Of a stretch of 64,000 nt of DNA, positions 10,521-21,421 are shown piece by piece. The DNA lies in NCBI GenBank assembly GCA_963728915.1, contig CAVSLV010000001.1:1-64000 (forward strand). The letters are read 5' to 3'. The stretch's first letter is position 1, and every line of letters begins with the position of its first letter. A program made the position numbers and the translations under genes. The notes under the pieces are model-generated. The model did not search any database. It was not told where the DNA came from and was given only the letters and a program-made list of their open reading frames with translations. This DNA comes from an uncultured Gemmatimonadales bacterium (lineage in GTDB: Bacteria; Gemmatimonadota; Gemmatimonadetes; Gemmatimonadales; GWC2-71-9).

Positions 10521-10602
10521 TCCGGAGGATTCTTACCCTCCGAGCTCAGCCGCGGCGCTCGACGAAGCTCGAGTGCCTGCGGCTCCACATTCTCAGGGAG
10601 AA
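10509..10602 (+). promoter_or_regulatory. Anti-SD/SD multibranch RNA structure between uORF and TonB receptor
   Basis: TTCTCCCT 10509-10516 complementary to AGGGAGAA 10595-10602; encloses hairpins 10523-10542 and 10548-10584. Confidence 0.6.
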
Positions 10603-10610
10603 CGACTCAC

Positions 10611-12938
10611 ATGTCAGCGAGCGAATTTATCCCGAGCCTCAAGCGGCTCGGGTCGACACTGGTACTCATGGGGTTCGCGGGCGTCGCGGCGGCCGGCGCC
10701 CAGGCGGTTGGCCGGATTGAAGGCAAGGTGATTACCGGGGCCCCGACGGAGCCGCTGGCCGGCGCGACGATCGTGGTGGAGGGCACCAATCGCACCGCCA
10801 TCACCGACGCCAAAGGCGCCTACTACCTGGCCGGCATCCCCGAAGGCGCCGTCCAGCTCCTGGCGCGGAGGTTGGGGTTCGAGCCGCAACGGCTGACGGT
10901 GACGGTCACCGCAGGCGGCACCACCCAGGCCGACTTCGCCCTCGAGGCTGCCGCGCTGCGGATCGCGGATATCGTGGTCTCGGCCACGCGGGAAGAAGAA
11001 AAACGCGTGGATGTTCCGGCGGCGATCAGCGTGATCGGCCCTGACGCGATCCGAGCGACCCAGCCGGCTCATCCCCAGGAAATCCTCAACCGGGTCGCGG
11101 GGGTCTATGTCCCGGTGACCGGTGGGGAAGGGCACATGATGGCGATCCGCCAGCCGATGACGACCGATCCGGTGTATCTCTATCTCGAGGACGGTATTCC
11201 CACCCGCTCGACCGGCTTCTTCAACCACAATGCGCTGTACGAGATCAACATTCCCCAGGCCGACCGGATCGAGGTCTCCAAGGGTCCGGCGAGCGCCCTC
11301 TATGGGAGCGACGCAATCGGTGGAGTGATCAACGTGTCCACGCGGGCGCCTTCACCCACACCGGATGCGGAGTTCTCACTCGACCTTGGCGCCTACCGGT
11401 GGGGACGGCTCCTCGCCACGGGGAGCAACACCTGGGGCAAGAGCGGAATGCGGGCGGATCTCAACCTGACCCGAACCGACGGCTGGCGCGATGCCACCGG
11501 CTACAACCGCCAGAGCGGGACGCTCCGATGGGACCAGGCCGTCGGCTCGAACGGCCACCTGAAGACGGTCGCGACCTTCTCGCGGATTCAGCAGCAGACC
11601 GCCGGTACCTCGGCGATCTCGGCCGCCGACTACGAGGATGATCCGACGATCAACTACACCCCGATCTCGATCCGGCAGGTCCGGGCTTTTCGTTTCTCGA
11701 TGGCGTATTCTCGCGCCAGCGCGAATGCCTCCTTCGAAGCCACTCCCTACGTGCGCTACGACTGGATGCGGCTCATCCCCAACTGGTCGCTCACCTACGA
11801 CCCGACCGATTACACCGACCAGAACAAGTCGGTCGGCGCCCTGGTGAAGTATCGCCGCGAGTTCCCGGCGATCGGGACCCAGGCCATCGTGGGGACCGAC
11901 GTCGACTACAGTCCCGGCGGGCACGTGGAGCAGGCGATCACCGCGACCCGGGTCAACAACATTTTCACCTCGTACACGCCGGGCAACCAGCTCTACGACT
12001 ATGACGTCACCTTCCACGGCGTTTCGCCCTACGCCCAGATTCAGATCTCGCCCACTTCGCGCTGGCACTTCGAAGCCGGGGCCCGGCTCGACCTGACCGG
12101 CTACGAATACACCACGAACCTGGACCCGCTCGCGACCGGTCGGTGGCGGCGCCCGGCTGACACGTCGGTCTCGTACAGCCACCTGAGCCCCAAGGTCGGA
12201 ATGACCTACGAAGCGGCGACGGAGCTCAATTTCTTCGTCTCCTACCGGAATGGGTTCCGGGCGCCCTCCCAGAGCCAACTCTTCCGGCAGGGCAGCGCGG
12301 TCAACACGGTGGGTCTCAAGCCGGTCAAGGTCAACAGCTACGAGGCCGGGGTCCGGGGTCGTATCGCCGATCGGGTGGACTACGACGTCGCCGCATATGA
12401 CATGATCAAGAACGACGACATCCTGAGCTACACCTTTCCCGACGGGCATACCGAGGCGATGAACGCCGGCCGGACCACCCACCGAGGGATCGAGACGAGC
12501 CTCGGCGTTCAGCCGATCCCGGCGGTGCGCCTCGATCTGGCCTACTCCTATGCGAGGCACCGCTTCGCCGATTGGCAGACCAACGTCAACGTCGACCTGA
12601 GCGGCAACGAGATCCCCAGCGCACCTCGGACCATTGCCAACGCCATGCTCACGGTGGCGCCGCCCGAGTGGCGCGGCTCCCGTCTGGGCATCGAGGTCGA
12701 GCGGCTCGGGAGCTACTGGGAGGATCAGGCCGACACCCACAGCTATCCCGGTCACACCCTGGTGAATCTGCGGGCCAGCTCGCCGCTGGTCCGGGGGATC
12801 TCGATCTCGGCCCGGCTGATGAACCTCACCAACGAGCGTTACTCCGAGCTGACCAGCTATACCGTCTCCCAGGGCGAGCAGTTTGCGCCGGGGCAGCCGC
12901 GGCGGCTCTACCTGACCGCGCAGTACGACTTCCAATGA
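10611..12938 (+). CDS. TonB-dependent receptor (probable metal/copper uptake)
   Basis: Carboxypeptidase-regulatory-like N-terminus; RIEVSKGPASALYGSDAIGGVIN; plug GEGHMMAIRQP; C-terminal YDFQ. Confidence 0.92.
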   Translation: MSASEFIPSLKRLGSTLVLMGFAGVAAAGAQAVGRIEGKVITGAPTEPLAGATIVVEGTNRTAITDAKGAYYLAGIPEGAVQLLARRLGFEPQRLTVTVTAGGTTQADFALEAAALRIADIVVSATREEEKRVDVPAAISVIGPDAIRATQPAHPQEILNRVAGVYVPVTGGEGHMMAIRQPMTTDPVYLYLEDGIPTRSTGFFNHNALYEINIPQADRIEVSKGPASALYGSDAIGGVINVSTRAPSPTPDAEFSLDLGAYRWGRLLATGSNTWGKSGMRADLNLTRTDGWRDATGYNRQSGTLRWDQAVGSNGHLKTVATFSRIQQQTAGTSAISAADYEDDPTINYTPISIRQVRAFRFSMAYSRASANASFEATPYVRYDWMRLIPNWSLTYDPTDYTDQNKSVGALVKYRREFPAIGTQAIVGTDVDYSPGGHVEQAITATRVNNIFTSYTPGNQLYDYDVTFHGVSPYAQIQISPTSRWHFEAGARLDLTGYEYTTNLDPLATGRWRRPADTSVSYSHLSPKVGMTYEAATELNFFVSYRNGFRAPSQSQLFRQGSAVNTVGLKPVKVNSYEAGVRGRIADRVDYDVAAYDMIKNDDILSYTFPDGHTEAMNAGRTTHRGIETSLGVQPIPAVRLDLAYSYARHRFADWQTNVNVDLSGNEIPSAPRTIANAMLTVAPPEWRGSRLGIEVERLGSYWEDQADTHSYPGHTLVNLRASSPLVRGISISARLMNLTNERYSELTSYTVSQGEQFAPGQPRRLYLTAQYDFQ

Positions 12939-14242
12939 GGTCCGGAGCAGGCATTGGATCATGCGGGGCGGTGATCCTCTGGATCGCCGCCTGCCGCCCG
13001 GGCTCGGGGACCCGGGCGGTGTTCGAATCGGAGGCGGAACCGATCTCCGCGACCGCGGTCGGGATCGCGCCGATGTTCGCGGTGTCCCCGACCGGGGCCC
13101 AGGCAGTGGCCTGGGTCTCCGCCCCCGATAGCGGGACCGCGACTCGGCTCTACGTTTCGGTTGACGGCAAGCCGCCAGCCGAGCTCATCGATTCTCTCGG
13201 CCCCGTCGAAGCCCATGGGGAATCGCCTCCCAAGCTGGCTTGGGGGGGGGATGGCGCGCTCAACGCGATCTACGTGGTGCCCAAGGTCGTGCCCGGGAAG
13301 CGGTTTGCCCTGGCGGCGCTTCGCTTCACTCGATCGACCGATGGAGGCCGGACCTGGCGGACCCCGGTGACCGTCACCGACGACGCCGAGTTCGGCACCC
13401 ACAACTTCCACGCGCTGCATGCGGCGGCGGACGGATCGCTCTACGTGGCCTGGCTGGACAGCCGGGGCGGGAAATCGGCCGCTTACCTGACCCGCTCCAC
13501 CGATGGCGGGGCGACCTGGGAGCCCAACCGCCCGGTCGCCACCGGCGAGGCCTGCCCCTGCTGTCGCACCGCCATCGCCACCACCCGGAGCGGTACCGTC
13601 TACGTGGCGTGGCGCATGGTGCTGCCCGGGAATGTTCGAGACATCGTGGTCGCCCGGTCCGACGACCAGGGCCGGACCTGGGACGCGCCGGTCCGGGTGC
13701 ACGCGGACGACTGGGTCTATCCCGGCTGCCCGCACGCGGGCCCATCCATTCAGGTGGATGAGGCGGACCGCCTGCATGTCGCGTGGTGGACCGGCAAGGA
13801 GGGCGCCGCCGGCGTGTCGTATACCCGGTCTACCGATGGAGGACGCACCTTCGCGGCTCCGATTCCACTGGGGATGGCCGAGTTTTCCCGTCCGGCCCAT
13901 GTGCAGCTCGCCCTGGGCGAGGGCGGGACAGTGGTAGCGGTATGGGACGACGGCACCAGGAAGGTGTCCCAGGTCGTGATGCGGATCTCGACCGACGGCG
14001 GCACGAGCTTCGGGCCGGTGCAGCCGCTGAGCACCGAGGGGCGCGCCGCGGAGTTCCCGGTTCTGGGGCTCAACGGGTCGGCGATCACAGTGGCCTGGTC
14101 GGAACAGAGCGCCGAAACGGCGAAGCGGGAGGCGGACGCCATGGCAACCATGTCCAAGGACGCGCCGATGGGCCTCCACCCGGTTGGCGAGGCCCGGGTT
14201 ATGATCCGCCGCGCTCGGCTGCCGGCCGAGGGCGACGGCTGA
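12935..14242 (+). CDS. BNR/Asp-box (sialidase-fold) lipoprotein with CPCC and CPH motifs
   Basis: ATGA overlap with receptor stop; lipobox IAAC; five S.DxG.T/S(W/F) Asp boxes; EACPCCRT; GCPHAGP. Confidence 0.85.
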   Translation: MRSGAGIGSCGAVILWIAACRPGSGTRAVFESEAEPISATAVGIAPMFAVSPTGAQAVAWVSAPDSGTATRLYVSVDGKPPAELIDSLGPVEAHGESPPKLAWGGDGALNAIYVVPKVVPGKRFALAALRFTRSTDGGRTWRTPVTVTDDAEFGTHNFHALHAAADGSLYVAWLDSRGGKSAAYLTRSTDGGATWEPNRPVATGEACPCCRTAIATTRSGTVYVAWRMVLPGNVRDIVVARSDDQGRTWDAPVRVHADDWVYPGCPHAGPSIQVDEADRLHVAWWTGKEGAAGVSYTRSTDGGRTFAAPIPLGMAEFSRPAHVQLALGEGGTVVAVWDDGTRKVSQVVMRISTDGGTSFGPVQPLSTEGRAAEFPVLGLNGSAITVAWSEQSAETAKREADAMATMSKDAPMGLHPVGEARVMIRRARLPAEGDG

Positions 14243-14243
14243 G

Positions 14244-14759
14244 ATGCGGACGCCCTCGTTCCTCGCTCTCCTGGTCCTGATGACCTCGGCCTGCCGTGGA
14301 GCCGACAGGTTCCGGCCGCTCCGGGTCGGCGACCCTGCTCCGGACTATGCCGCGGTCAGCGTTCAGGGCGACACGGTGTCCTTGCAGGAGCTGTCAGGAT
14401 CGCCGGTGCTCCTCGATGTGTGGGCCACCTGGTGCATCCCCTGCGGCCATGAAATGCCCGCCCTTCAGGCCCTGAGCGAGCAGTACGCCGACAGCGGGCT
14501 GCGGGTTCTGGGGGTCAGCATCGACGCGGCGGGGACCGACGCGCGGGTGGCCGGTTTCGTCGCCGAGCACGGGATCCGGTTTACGATCCTTCGCGACCCC
14601 GACCGGCGGGTCGAGCAGACGTTCCGTACCATCGGGGTCCCCGAGACCTTCCTTCTCGACCGTCAGGGCCGGGTGGCACACCGATGGATCGGCGAGTTCG
14701 ATCCTGCCGCGCCCGCGGTGCGTCAGGTGCTGCATGCGGCGGTGACGGGCGGCCGCTGA
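14244..14759 (+). CDS. TlpA/ResA-family thiol-disulfide oxidoreductase lipoprotein
   Basis: VWATWCIPCGHEMP; GVPETFLLDRQG. Confidence 0.9.
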   Translation: MRTPSFLALLVLMTSACRGADRFRPLRVGDPAPDYAAVSVQGDTVSLQELSGSPVLLDVWATWCIPCGHEMPALQALSEQYADSGLRVLGVSIDAAGTDARVAGFVAEHGIRFTILRDPDRRVEQTFRTIGVPETFLLDRQGRVAHRWIGEFDPAAPAVRQVLHAAVTGGR

Positions 14760-14778
14760 GCCCCTCGGCAGCGAGCCC

Positions 14779-15072
14779 TCAGGCGCAAACGAAGGTGTGT
14801 GCCGGGTAGACCTCGGGTTCACCTTCCATCCCGATGGATTTCAGCACCGGGGCGAGCTTCTCCCCGAATTTCCGGAACGCCTCTTCCGATTCCCAGACAT
14901 CCACGACGCGGAACCCGTTGGGGCCCTGACCCGCAACGTGCATCAAGAGACCGGGGACCGGCCAGTCGGCCGGCGTCTTCAACTGGGATTTGCCGCCGGA
15001 GAGCTGCTTCACCGATTTCTCGTAGTTGGCCCGGGTGACGGTCGGGTGCTGGAAGATGGCGACAATGGGCAT
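14779..15072 (-). CDS. Small hypothetical protein (possible ABM-like fold)
   Basis: SD AGGAGG; GLLMHVAG..GFRVVDVWESEEAF. Confidence 0.75.
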   Translation of the reverse strand: MPIVAIFQHPTVTRANYEKSVKQLSGGKSQLKTPADWPVPGLLMHVAGQGPNGFRVVDVWESEEAFRKFGEKLAPVLKSIGMEGEPEVYPAHTFVCA

Positions 15073-15153
15073 GGGGACCTCCTGGAGGGCGGACGCGCTG
15101 GTTCACGGACCAGGAGGCCCAGTATATCATCAATTCACGAACAACGCGATGCT

Positions 15154-15705
15154 TCAGCTTCCGTCCGCGACCTTCTGCGAAAGGTCGCGCGCGATCCGGA
15201 GGTGCTCCTGCATCGTCGGGATCATGTTCCCCAGGAAGCTCTTCAATTCCTTGTCCTGCGCTTGTTCCTGGAGGGTTCGTACCGCCTTGATCCCGTTCTC
15301 GTGATCCTGCACCATGAACGTCGTGAACTCACGGTCGAACGCTTTCCCGGTCAGGTTCTTGAGCTTGTTCGCCTCATTGGCGACCTTTTTTTCGTCCGGG
15401 TTGTTGGCGAGGTCCTGCGGAGAGAGCACCGGGACAATGGCGCCCCGTCCTTCCACCAGACTGTGAAGCTTGTCGTTGGCCGCTCCGTGGTCCTGTACCA
15501 GCTTGTCGGCGTAGTCCTGAACATCCTTCGAGTCGGCCCTCGTCCCGGCCAGCCGCGACAGATCCACCGCGTTCTGGTTCATGTGCTGGACCTTCGCAAC
15601 GATCTCGAGATCGTTCTTGGACAACGAGTCGCCACCGCTCCCCTGCGCGATGGCCGCGGCCGGCCAGGCTGCCGCCAGCACCATTGCGATTCCATATCCC
15701 CGCAT
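15154..15705 (-). CDS. DUF4142 domain (ferritin-like) secreted protein
   Basis: Signal peptide; VQDYADKLVQDH; GKAFDREF..MVQDH; PTMQEHL. Confidence 0.85.
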   Translation of the reverse strand: MRGYGIAMVLAAAWPAAAIAQGSGGDSLSKNDLEIVAKVQHMNQNAVDLSRLAGTRADSKDVQDYADKLVQDHGAANDKLHSLVEGRGAIVPVLSPQDLANNPDEKKVANEANKLKNLTGKAFDREFTTFMVQDHENGIKAVRTLQEQAQDKELKSFLGNMIPTMQEHLRIARDLSQKVADGS

Positions 15706-15885
15706 TGCCTGCCTCCCTCATCACCGGTCGTGGGTCCAGTCCGCGAGATTCCTCGCCGGTCCCGGGGCTCGCTGGAGTCTTCCCACCGGGAGAGACGAAG
15801 CGGGTGGTTCCGGGCACACGGGAAATACCCGCCGCGAGGAGGTCGAGAGCCGGCTAGGCCGAAAACCAGGCAGCTCGCAACGAGC

Positions 15886-16248
15886 TCACCCGGCTATCCA
15901 TCGCTTCGCATCGGCCAGCTCGCTGTTATGGAAGACCCGAACGTGCCCGGGCATTGCAAACCCGAAGATCTTGACCGCAGCCCGGATCCATTCGGCGTCG
16001 GAGACCACCGCCACCCGCTCCCAGCCGCTCAAATGGCGGAGACCCAGTTTGGCGTCATCCCACATCGCCGCCCCCTCGAATCCGGTGAATTCCTGGCCCA
16101 AGTGGTAAAGGAACCGGGCCTTCTGGTGCTGGGAGAAGAACCCCTCGACGGCGGGGATGATGACTGCCTCATAGTCCTGTGCGGTCACCGTGCCCTTGGC
16201 GGCGAAGCCGAGGACGTTGTCGGGAAGATCAGAGATGCGCTCGACCAT
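15886..16248 (-). CDS. SpoIIAA-like (STAS/SEC14) domain protein
   Basis: GTVTAQDY; AMWDDAKLG; WERVAVVSDAEWI; AKRWI. Confidence 0.88.
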   Translation of the reverse strand: MVERISDLPDNVLGFAAKGTVTAQDYEAVIIPAVEGFFSQHQKARFLYHLGQEFTGFEGAAMWDDAKLGLRHLSGWERVAVVSDAEWIRAAVKIFGFAMPGHVRVFHNSELADAKRWIAG

Positions 16249-16323
16249 CGTGTCGCCTCTGGGAATTGTTGGTGTTCATCAGGCTCATAAGGAATCCCTG
16301 AACCAGGAGACGTGAGCGGACGG

Positions 16324-17059
16324 TCAGGATCCCACTCCCAGAAGCCGCGCGAACGCCACGGCGCCGTCCGGCCCCGACCCCTCCGCTTCGTCGTGCTTGA
16401 AATAGACGTAGAGCGGTCCGACTCCTAACCCGGCGAGCTTGCCGGCCCACCCTTCCAGCTCCGCGGCGGAATAGCTGGCGCGGTGGAGCCGGGCATAGCC
16501 CCAGTCGGCGGTGCGCAGCACGGGAGTCTGGAAGTCGTCCTGGTCCGCCACCACCAGGGCGCAGTTCCTGGCGCCCAGGATCCCATAGACCTCGTCGTCG
16601 AACCAGCTCTCGTGCCGGAACTCGAACGCGGCCAACCAGCGCTTGGGCAGCAGGTCCAGGAATGCCGCCAGCCGAGGCGCGTCTTTCTTGAGATTGGGCG
16701 GGAGCTGGAACAGGGTGGGTCCGCGCCGCTCGCCCAGCTCGGTGATCACCCGGGTGAAATAGGAAAGCGAGTCCGCCATTTCGGGCTTGAGCCGGCCATG
16801 ATGGGTGATCCGCTGCGAGGCCTTGATCGCGAACCGGAAGCTCCGGGAACTTTGCCGAGGTCCAGTCGTGCAGCACGTGCTCCCGCGGCATCCGGTAGAA
16901 GGTGTTGTTGATCTCGACGGTGGGGAACTTGCCGGCGTAGTAGCCGAGTTGATCGTCGTCGGGCAGCTCCTTGGGGTAGAAGCTGCCCTTCCACTCCTTG
17001 AACGACCAGCCGGAAGTGCCAACGAAGGCGGACGGGCGGACCGGCGGACTGGCGGACAG
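16324..17059 (-). CDS. DUF72 (YecE-like) protein (frameshift near 16850; start codon uncertain)
   Basis: VGTSGWS..WKGSFYP, TVEINNTFYRMP in one frame; KASQRITH, LFQLPP, AFEFRHESW, YARLH, YVYFKHD in the next. Confidence 0.85.
17027..17058. repeat. Octamer tandem repeat (GGCGGACN)x4
   Basis: ggcggacg ggcggacc ggcggact ggcggaca. Confidence 0.9.
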
Positions 17060-17064
17060 GGCGA

Positions 17065-17900
17065 CTACCTGCCGGCGGCCTTCTTCTTCTTGGGCGCCGG
17101 GGATTCTTCGGCGGGCGCTGAGCTTGCCCTTGGCCACGCTCGCCTTGAGCGCCTCCATCAGGTCGATCACCTTGGTCACCGGCTTCGCCTCGGGCTCGGT
17201 GGTGATCTCCTGGCCCTCGACCTTCTTGTTGATCGCCTCCTGGACCCGTTCGCGCACCATGTCGTGGTAGTTTTCCGGCTTGAATTCCTCGGTCGCGCCC
17301 TGCTCGATCAGCTGTTTTCGCGAGCGTCAGCTCGGCGGGTTTCACTTCGCCTTCTTCGCCCAGGGGCACCTCCGAGGTCGGGCGGAGCTCGTCGGCATAG
17401 TGGAGCTGCTCCATCACCAGCACGCCGTCGCGAGGCCGGACCAGCACGAGATACTGCCGTCCCCGCGAGGCATATTGTCCCAAGGCGGCGCGCCCGGTTT
17501 CCTCGAGTGCCTTGGCGAGCAGCTTGTAGGCCCGGTGGCCACCCTTGTCCGGCCCCAGGTAGTAGGCCTTCTCGAGGTAGATCCGGTCCACCGCAGAGAG
17601 CGGGACGAACTGATCGATGTCGATGGTGTTGGTCGCCTTCTGGTCCAGCGCCTTGATTTCTTCAGGGCTGAAGACGACGTACTGGTTCTTGGCGAACTCG
17701 TAGCCCTTGGCCATGTCGTCCCGCTCGACCACGACTTCGTCCTTGGGACAGATGTACTGTTGCTTGAGCCGGGTGCCGCACTTCTTGTGCAGCATATTGA
17801 AGGAGACCGAAGCGGCCGATTCGCCGGTGGCAAAGACCTGGACCGGGACCGAAACCAGGCCGAAGGAAATCGTGGCGGTGCTGATGGTGCGCGCGGGCAT
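17065..17900 (-). CDS. ku: NHEJ DNA end-binding protein Ku (apparent frameshifts near 17315 and 17115)
   Basis: ISFGLVSVPV; KGYEF; YYLGP; LHYADELR; after frame change EFKPENYHD..KVIDLMEALKASV; basic tail PKKKKAAGR*. Confidence 0.92.
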
Positions 17901-17972
17901 TGGTCTGAGCTCTGCTGAGGCGCCTGAAAGATAGCGAATAGGGATTAGGCGCTAGGGGCGGATGGCTAGGGA

Positions 17973-20547
17973 ATGGGGGATCGCGAAAAGCCTGACCTGC
18001 TGGGGCCGTACCGCCAGAAGCGCTCGCCGGATCGGACCCCGGAGCCGTTCGGCGCGGCGGAGGCGGCCGCTCTGGCCGGGGGACTGTTCGTGGTCCACAA
18101 GCACGCCGCTCGCCGGCTCCACTACGACCTCCGGCTCGAGATGGAGGGCGTGTTACGGTCGTGGGCGGTGCCCAAGGGACCCTCCTTCGACACCCGGGAG
18201 AAGCGCCTCGCGGTCCACGTCGAGGACCATCCGCTCGAGTACGGCGACTTCGAGGGGATGATCCCCGAGGGAGAGTACGGCGCCGGCGCGGTGATCGTCT
18301 GGGATCGGGGCGAGTGGGTGCCCCTCGAGGATCCCTTCGAGGGGCTCCGCAAGGGCAAGCTGCTCTTCAATCTCAACGGCTACAAGCTCAAGGGTCGCTG
18401 GACCCTGGTGAAGATCAAGAAGTCGGAGAAGGACTGGCTCCTGATCAAGGAGCGGGACGGCTACGCCAAGGCCAGATCCGGAGCCGTTTCCCGAGATGTC
18501 GGTGCTCTCCGGCCTCACTATCGAGGACCTGGAGCAGGGACGCACCCCGACCGACCGGGTCACGGCCGAGCTGGACCGCCTGGGGGTGCCGGAGAAGCGG
18601 GTGGATCCCGCGAAAGTCGAGCTGATGCTCGCCGAGCAGCGAGACAGCGCCTTCGACAAGCCGGGCTGGATCTTCGAGCCCAAGCTTGACGGGTATCGGG
18701 CCCTGGTGACTCAGGATGGAGGCACCGCGACCATCACCAGCCGGAACGGCAACGACCTCACCCCGACCTTCCCGGAGATCGCCCGGGCCGCGCGCGCCCT
18801 GCCGGTGCCCGCGCGCGGTGCTGGATGGCGAGCTGGTGGTGCTCGATCCCAGAGGGCGCCCGAGCTTCCAGGCGCTCCAGAAGCGGGCTCGGCTGGGGCG
18901 GGCGCTCGACGTGCGGCGGGCCGCCGCGGAGTCGCCCGCGGTGTACTATGCGTTCGACCTGCTGGGGTTCGAGGACCGGGACCTCCGCGGGTTAGGAACG
19001 GTGGAGCGGAAGGAGATCCTCCGGATGCTGCTCCCGCCCCTGGGCCCGATCCGCTACCTCGAGCATTTCGACCGGGACGGCCTCACCCTCATGCAGCACG
19101 CCACCATGCTCGGGTTCGAGGGGGTGGTCGGCAAGGCGGCCGATGCGCCCTATCGGGCCGGCCGGTCGGCCCAGTGGCTCAAGGTGCGGGCCGACCAGAC
19201 CGAGGAATTCGTAGTGGTGGGGTTCACCGCGCCAAAGGGAAGCCGGGGCGGCTTCGGCGCGCTTCAGCTCGGCGACTACGTCGAGGGCGAGCTGGTGTAT
19301 GCCGGCCGGGCCGGATCCGGCTTCGGCGAGAAACAGCTCGGCGAGCTGCGCGAGGAGTTCGAGGCGCTGGTCCGGAAGACCGCGCCCTGCAACGGGCCCG
19401 AGGTTCTGGCCCAGCGAGGAGAAGCCACCGGCCAAGCGACCCATTCCCGGGCGCGAAAGAGACCACCTGGATGGAGCCGAAGATCGTCTGCGAGGTCCGG
19501 TTCAAGGAGTGGACCGAGGAAGGACTGTTGCGCCAGCCGGTGTTTCTCCGGTTCCGCGACGACAAGAAACCCGGGGAGTGCGTGCGAAAGGGGAGCGATG
19601 GCGCGGGCGCGCCGGAAGCGGCCGACGATCCGCCCGCCCCGAAAGTGGCCCGCGCCCCGAAAGAGGTGCCGTTCACCAACCTCAAGAAGGTGTTCTGGCC
19701 CAAGGAGGGCTACACCAAGGGTGACCTGATCGAGTACTACCGGTCCCTGTGGCCCTGGATGGAGCCCTACCTCAAGGACCGGCCGCTGGTGTTAACCCGC
19801 TATCCCGACGGGATCGAGGGCAAATCGTTCTATCAGAAGGATGCCCCGGATTTCGTTCCCGAATGGATCCGGAAGGTGCCGATCTGGAGCGAGGACACCC
19901 AGCGCGACATCCATTACATCGTCTGCGACAGCATCGAGGCCCTGCTCTACGTCGCCAACCTGGGCGCGATCCCGCTCCACATCTGGGCCAGCCGGGCCAC
20001 GAGTCTGGAACAGCCCGACTGGTGTATTGTGGACCTCGATCCCAAGAGCGCGCCGTTCAGCGACGTGATCAAGGTCGCGCAGGCGGTGCACCGGCTCTGC
20101 GAGGAGATCGAGCTGCCCCATTACATCAAGACCAGCGGGGCGAGCGGGCTGCACGTGCTGATTCCGCTGGGACGGCAGATGACCTTCGACCAGTCCCGGA
20201 CCCTCGGCGAAGTGATCGCCCGGCTGGTGGTGGAGGAGCTGCCGGAGATCTCCACCATCATGCGGCAGATCCGTGGCAGGGAAGGGAAGGTGTATGTCGA
20301 CTACCTCCAGAACCGGCACGGCCAGCTCCTGGTGACCCCGTTCAGTGCCCGGCCGATTCACGGGGCGCCGGTTTCGATGCCGCTCCTCTGGAAGGAAGTC
20401 AACCCGAAGCTCGACGTTTCGAAATACACCATCAGGACCGCGCTGAAGCGGATGGAAAAGCTGGGCGAGGATCCGGTGCGCGAGGTGCTTACCGTCAAGC
20501 CGGACCTTGGTGCGGTGCTGCAGAAGCTGGCCAGCCGTTCCCGGTAA
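17973..20547 (+). CDS. ligD: DNA ligase D (phosphoesterase + ATP-dependent ligase + polymerase; apparent frameshifts near 18475, 18810, 19430)
   Basis: HAARRLHYDLRLE..SWAVPKGPS..VEDHPLEY; FEPKLDGYR; EGVVGK..YRAGRSAQWLKV; RYPDGI..FYQKD; DLDP; KTSGASGLHV; YVDYLQN. Confidence 0.93.
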
Positions 20548-20633
20548 CGCCGCGGAGTCAGTCTGCCTCCAGGATGCTGGCGTTCGGCTCTGTCCCGGTG
20601 TAGGCTGAGGTCGAGCAAACGACGGGCGCTGCC

Positions 20634-21421
20634 ATGATCCGGTCCGGCTTATTCAAGGCGCATGCCCCATTCTTCTTCTGGCTGCCTGCCAGGGGGCAGG
20701 CGTGACCTTCACCGAGGCCCCGCCTGCCCCCCCCACGGAGTATCGGGTCGTGCTCAGGCCGGATCCCGAGGATCTGACTGCCGCAGAGGCGCTGGGGTGG
20801 TCCGGAATCCCCGATGCCGAAGTGACGCTCACCCCCAGCGACTCTTCTGTGCCTGCGCTGACCATGCGCACCTCGCCTGAGGGGAACGCCGATTTCGGGA
20901 GCATTCCGTCGGGGAACTACATCCTGTGGGCGCGGAGGTGGTTGTCGGAGGCGGAGCTGGCCACTCCCGGTATTGGGGACGTGGACGCCTGGGTGGCGAA
21001 GGCGAACGTGACTCCCGGCTCGCGGGCCGGTCCCGATACCGTGAAAGTGCCGGCCAGCCACCGGAGGTCGCTGGTCATCAGCGAGTGGGCCTTCAATTTC
21101 ACTTTCGATCCGGTCCTCGCTCCCTTCGGGTACCCATTCAGCGGGTTTCTCGAGCTCTATAACAATGCCGACACCACAGCGTTTCTGGACGGCGTGATCA
21201 TTGGAGAAGGCTGGTGGTCATCGTCCGACGAACTGAATTTCCCTTGTTCCCACTCGGCGCCGTTCCGGGATGACCCTGAAGGGATCTGGAGCCGATCCTT
21301 TCAGCAATTTCCGGGGTCGGGTCATGACTATCCTGTTGCTCCTGGCGCGATCGTCGCGACGGCACGGCGGGAGAAGTGGATCTCGGTCCCGAGCTCTGGG
21401 GTGAGGTCTTCGAGCCCCTGA
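20634..21421 (+). pseudogene. C-terminally truncated DUF4876-like lipoprotein (also 5' frame problem)
   Basis: In-frame PILLLAAC lipobox upstream of 20702; LVISE; FLELYNNADTTAFLDG; FPGSGHDYPVAPG; similarity stops near 21355. Confidence 0.55.

Noticed and set aside
17973..20547. Programmed frameshifting in ligD, ku or acnA
   Set aside because: No slippery heptamer with stimulatory structure seen; multiple breaks per gene fit sequencing indels better
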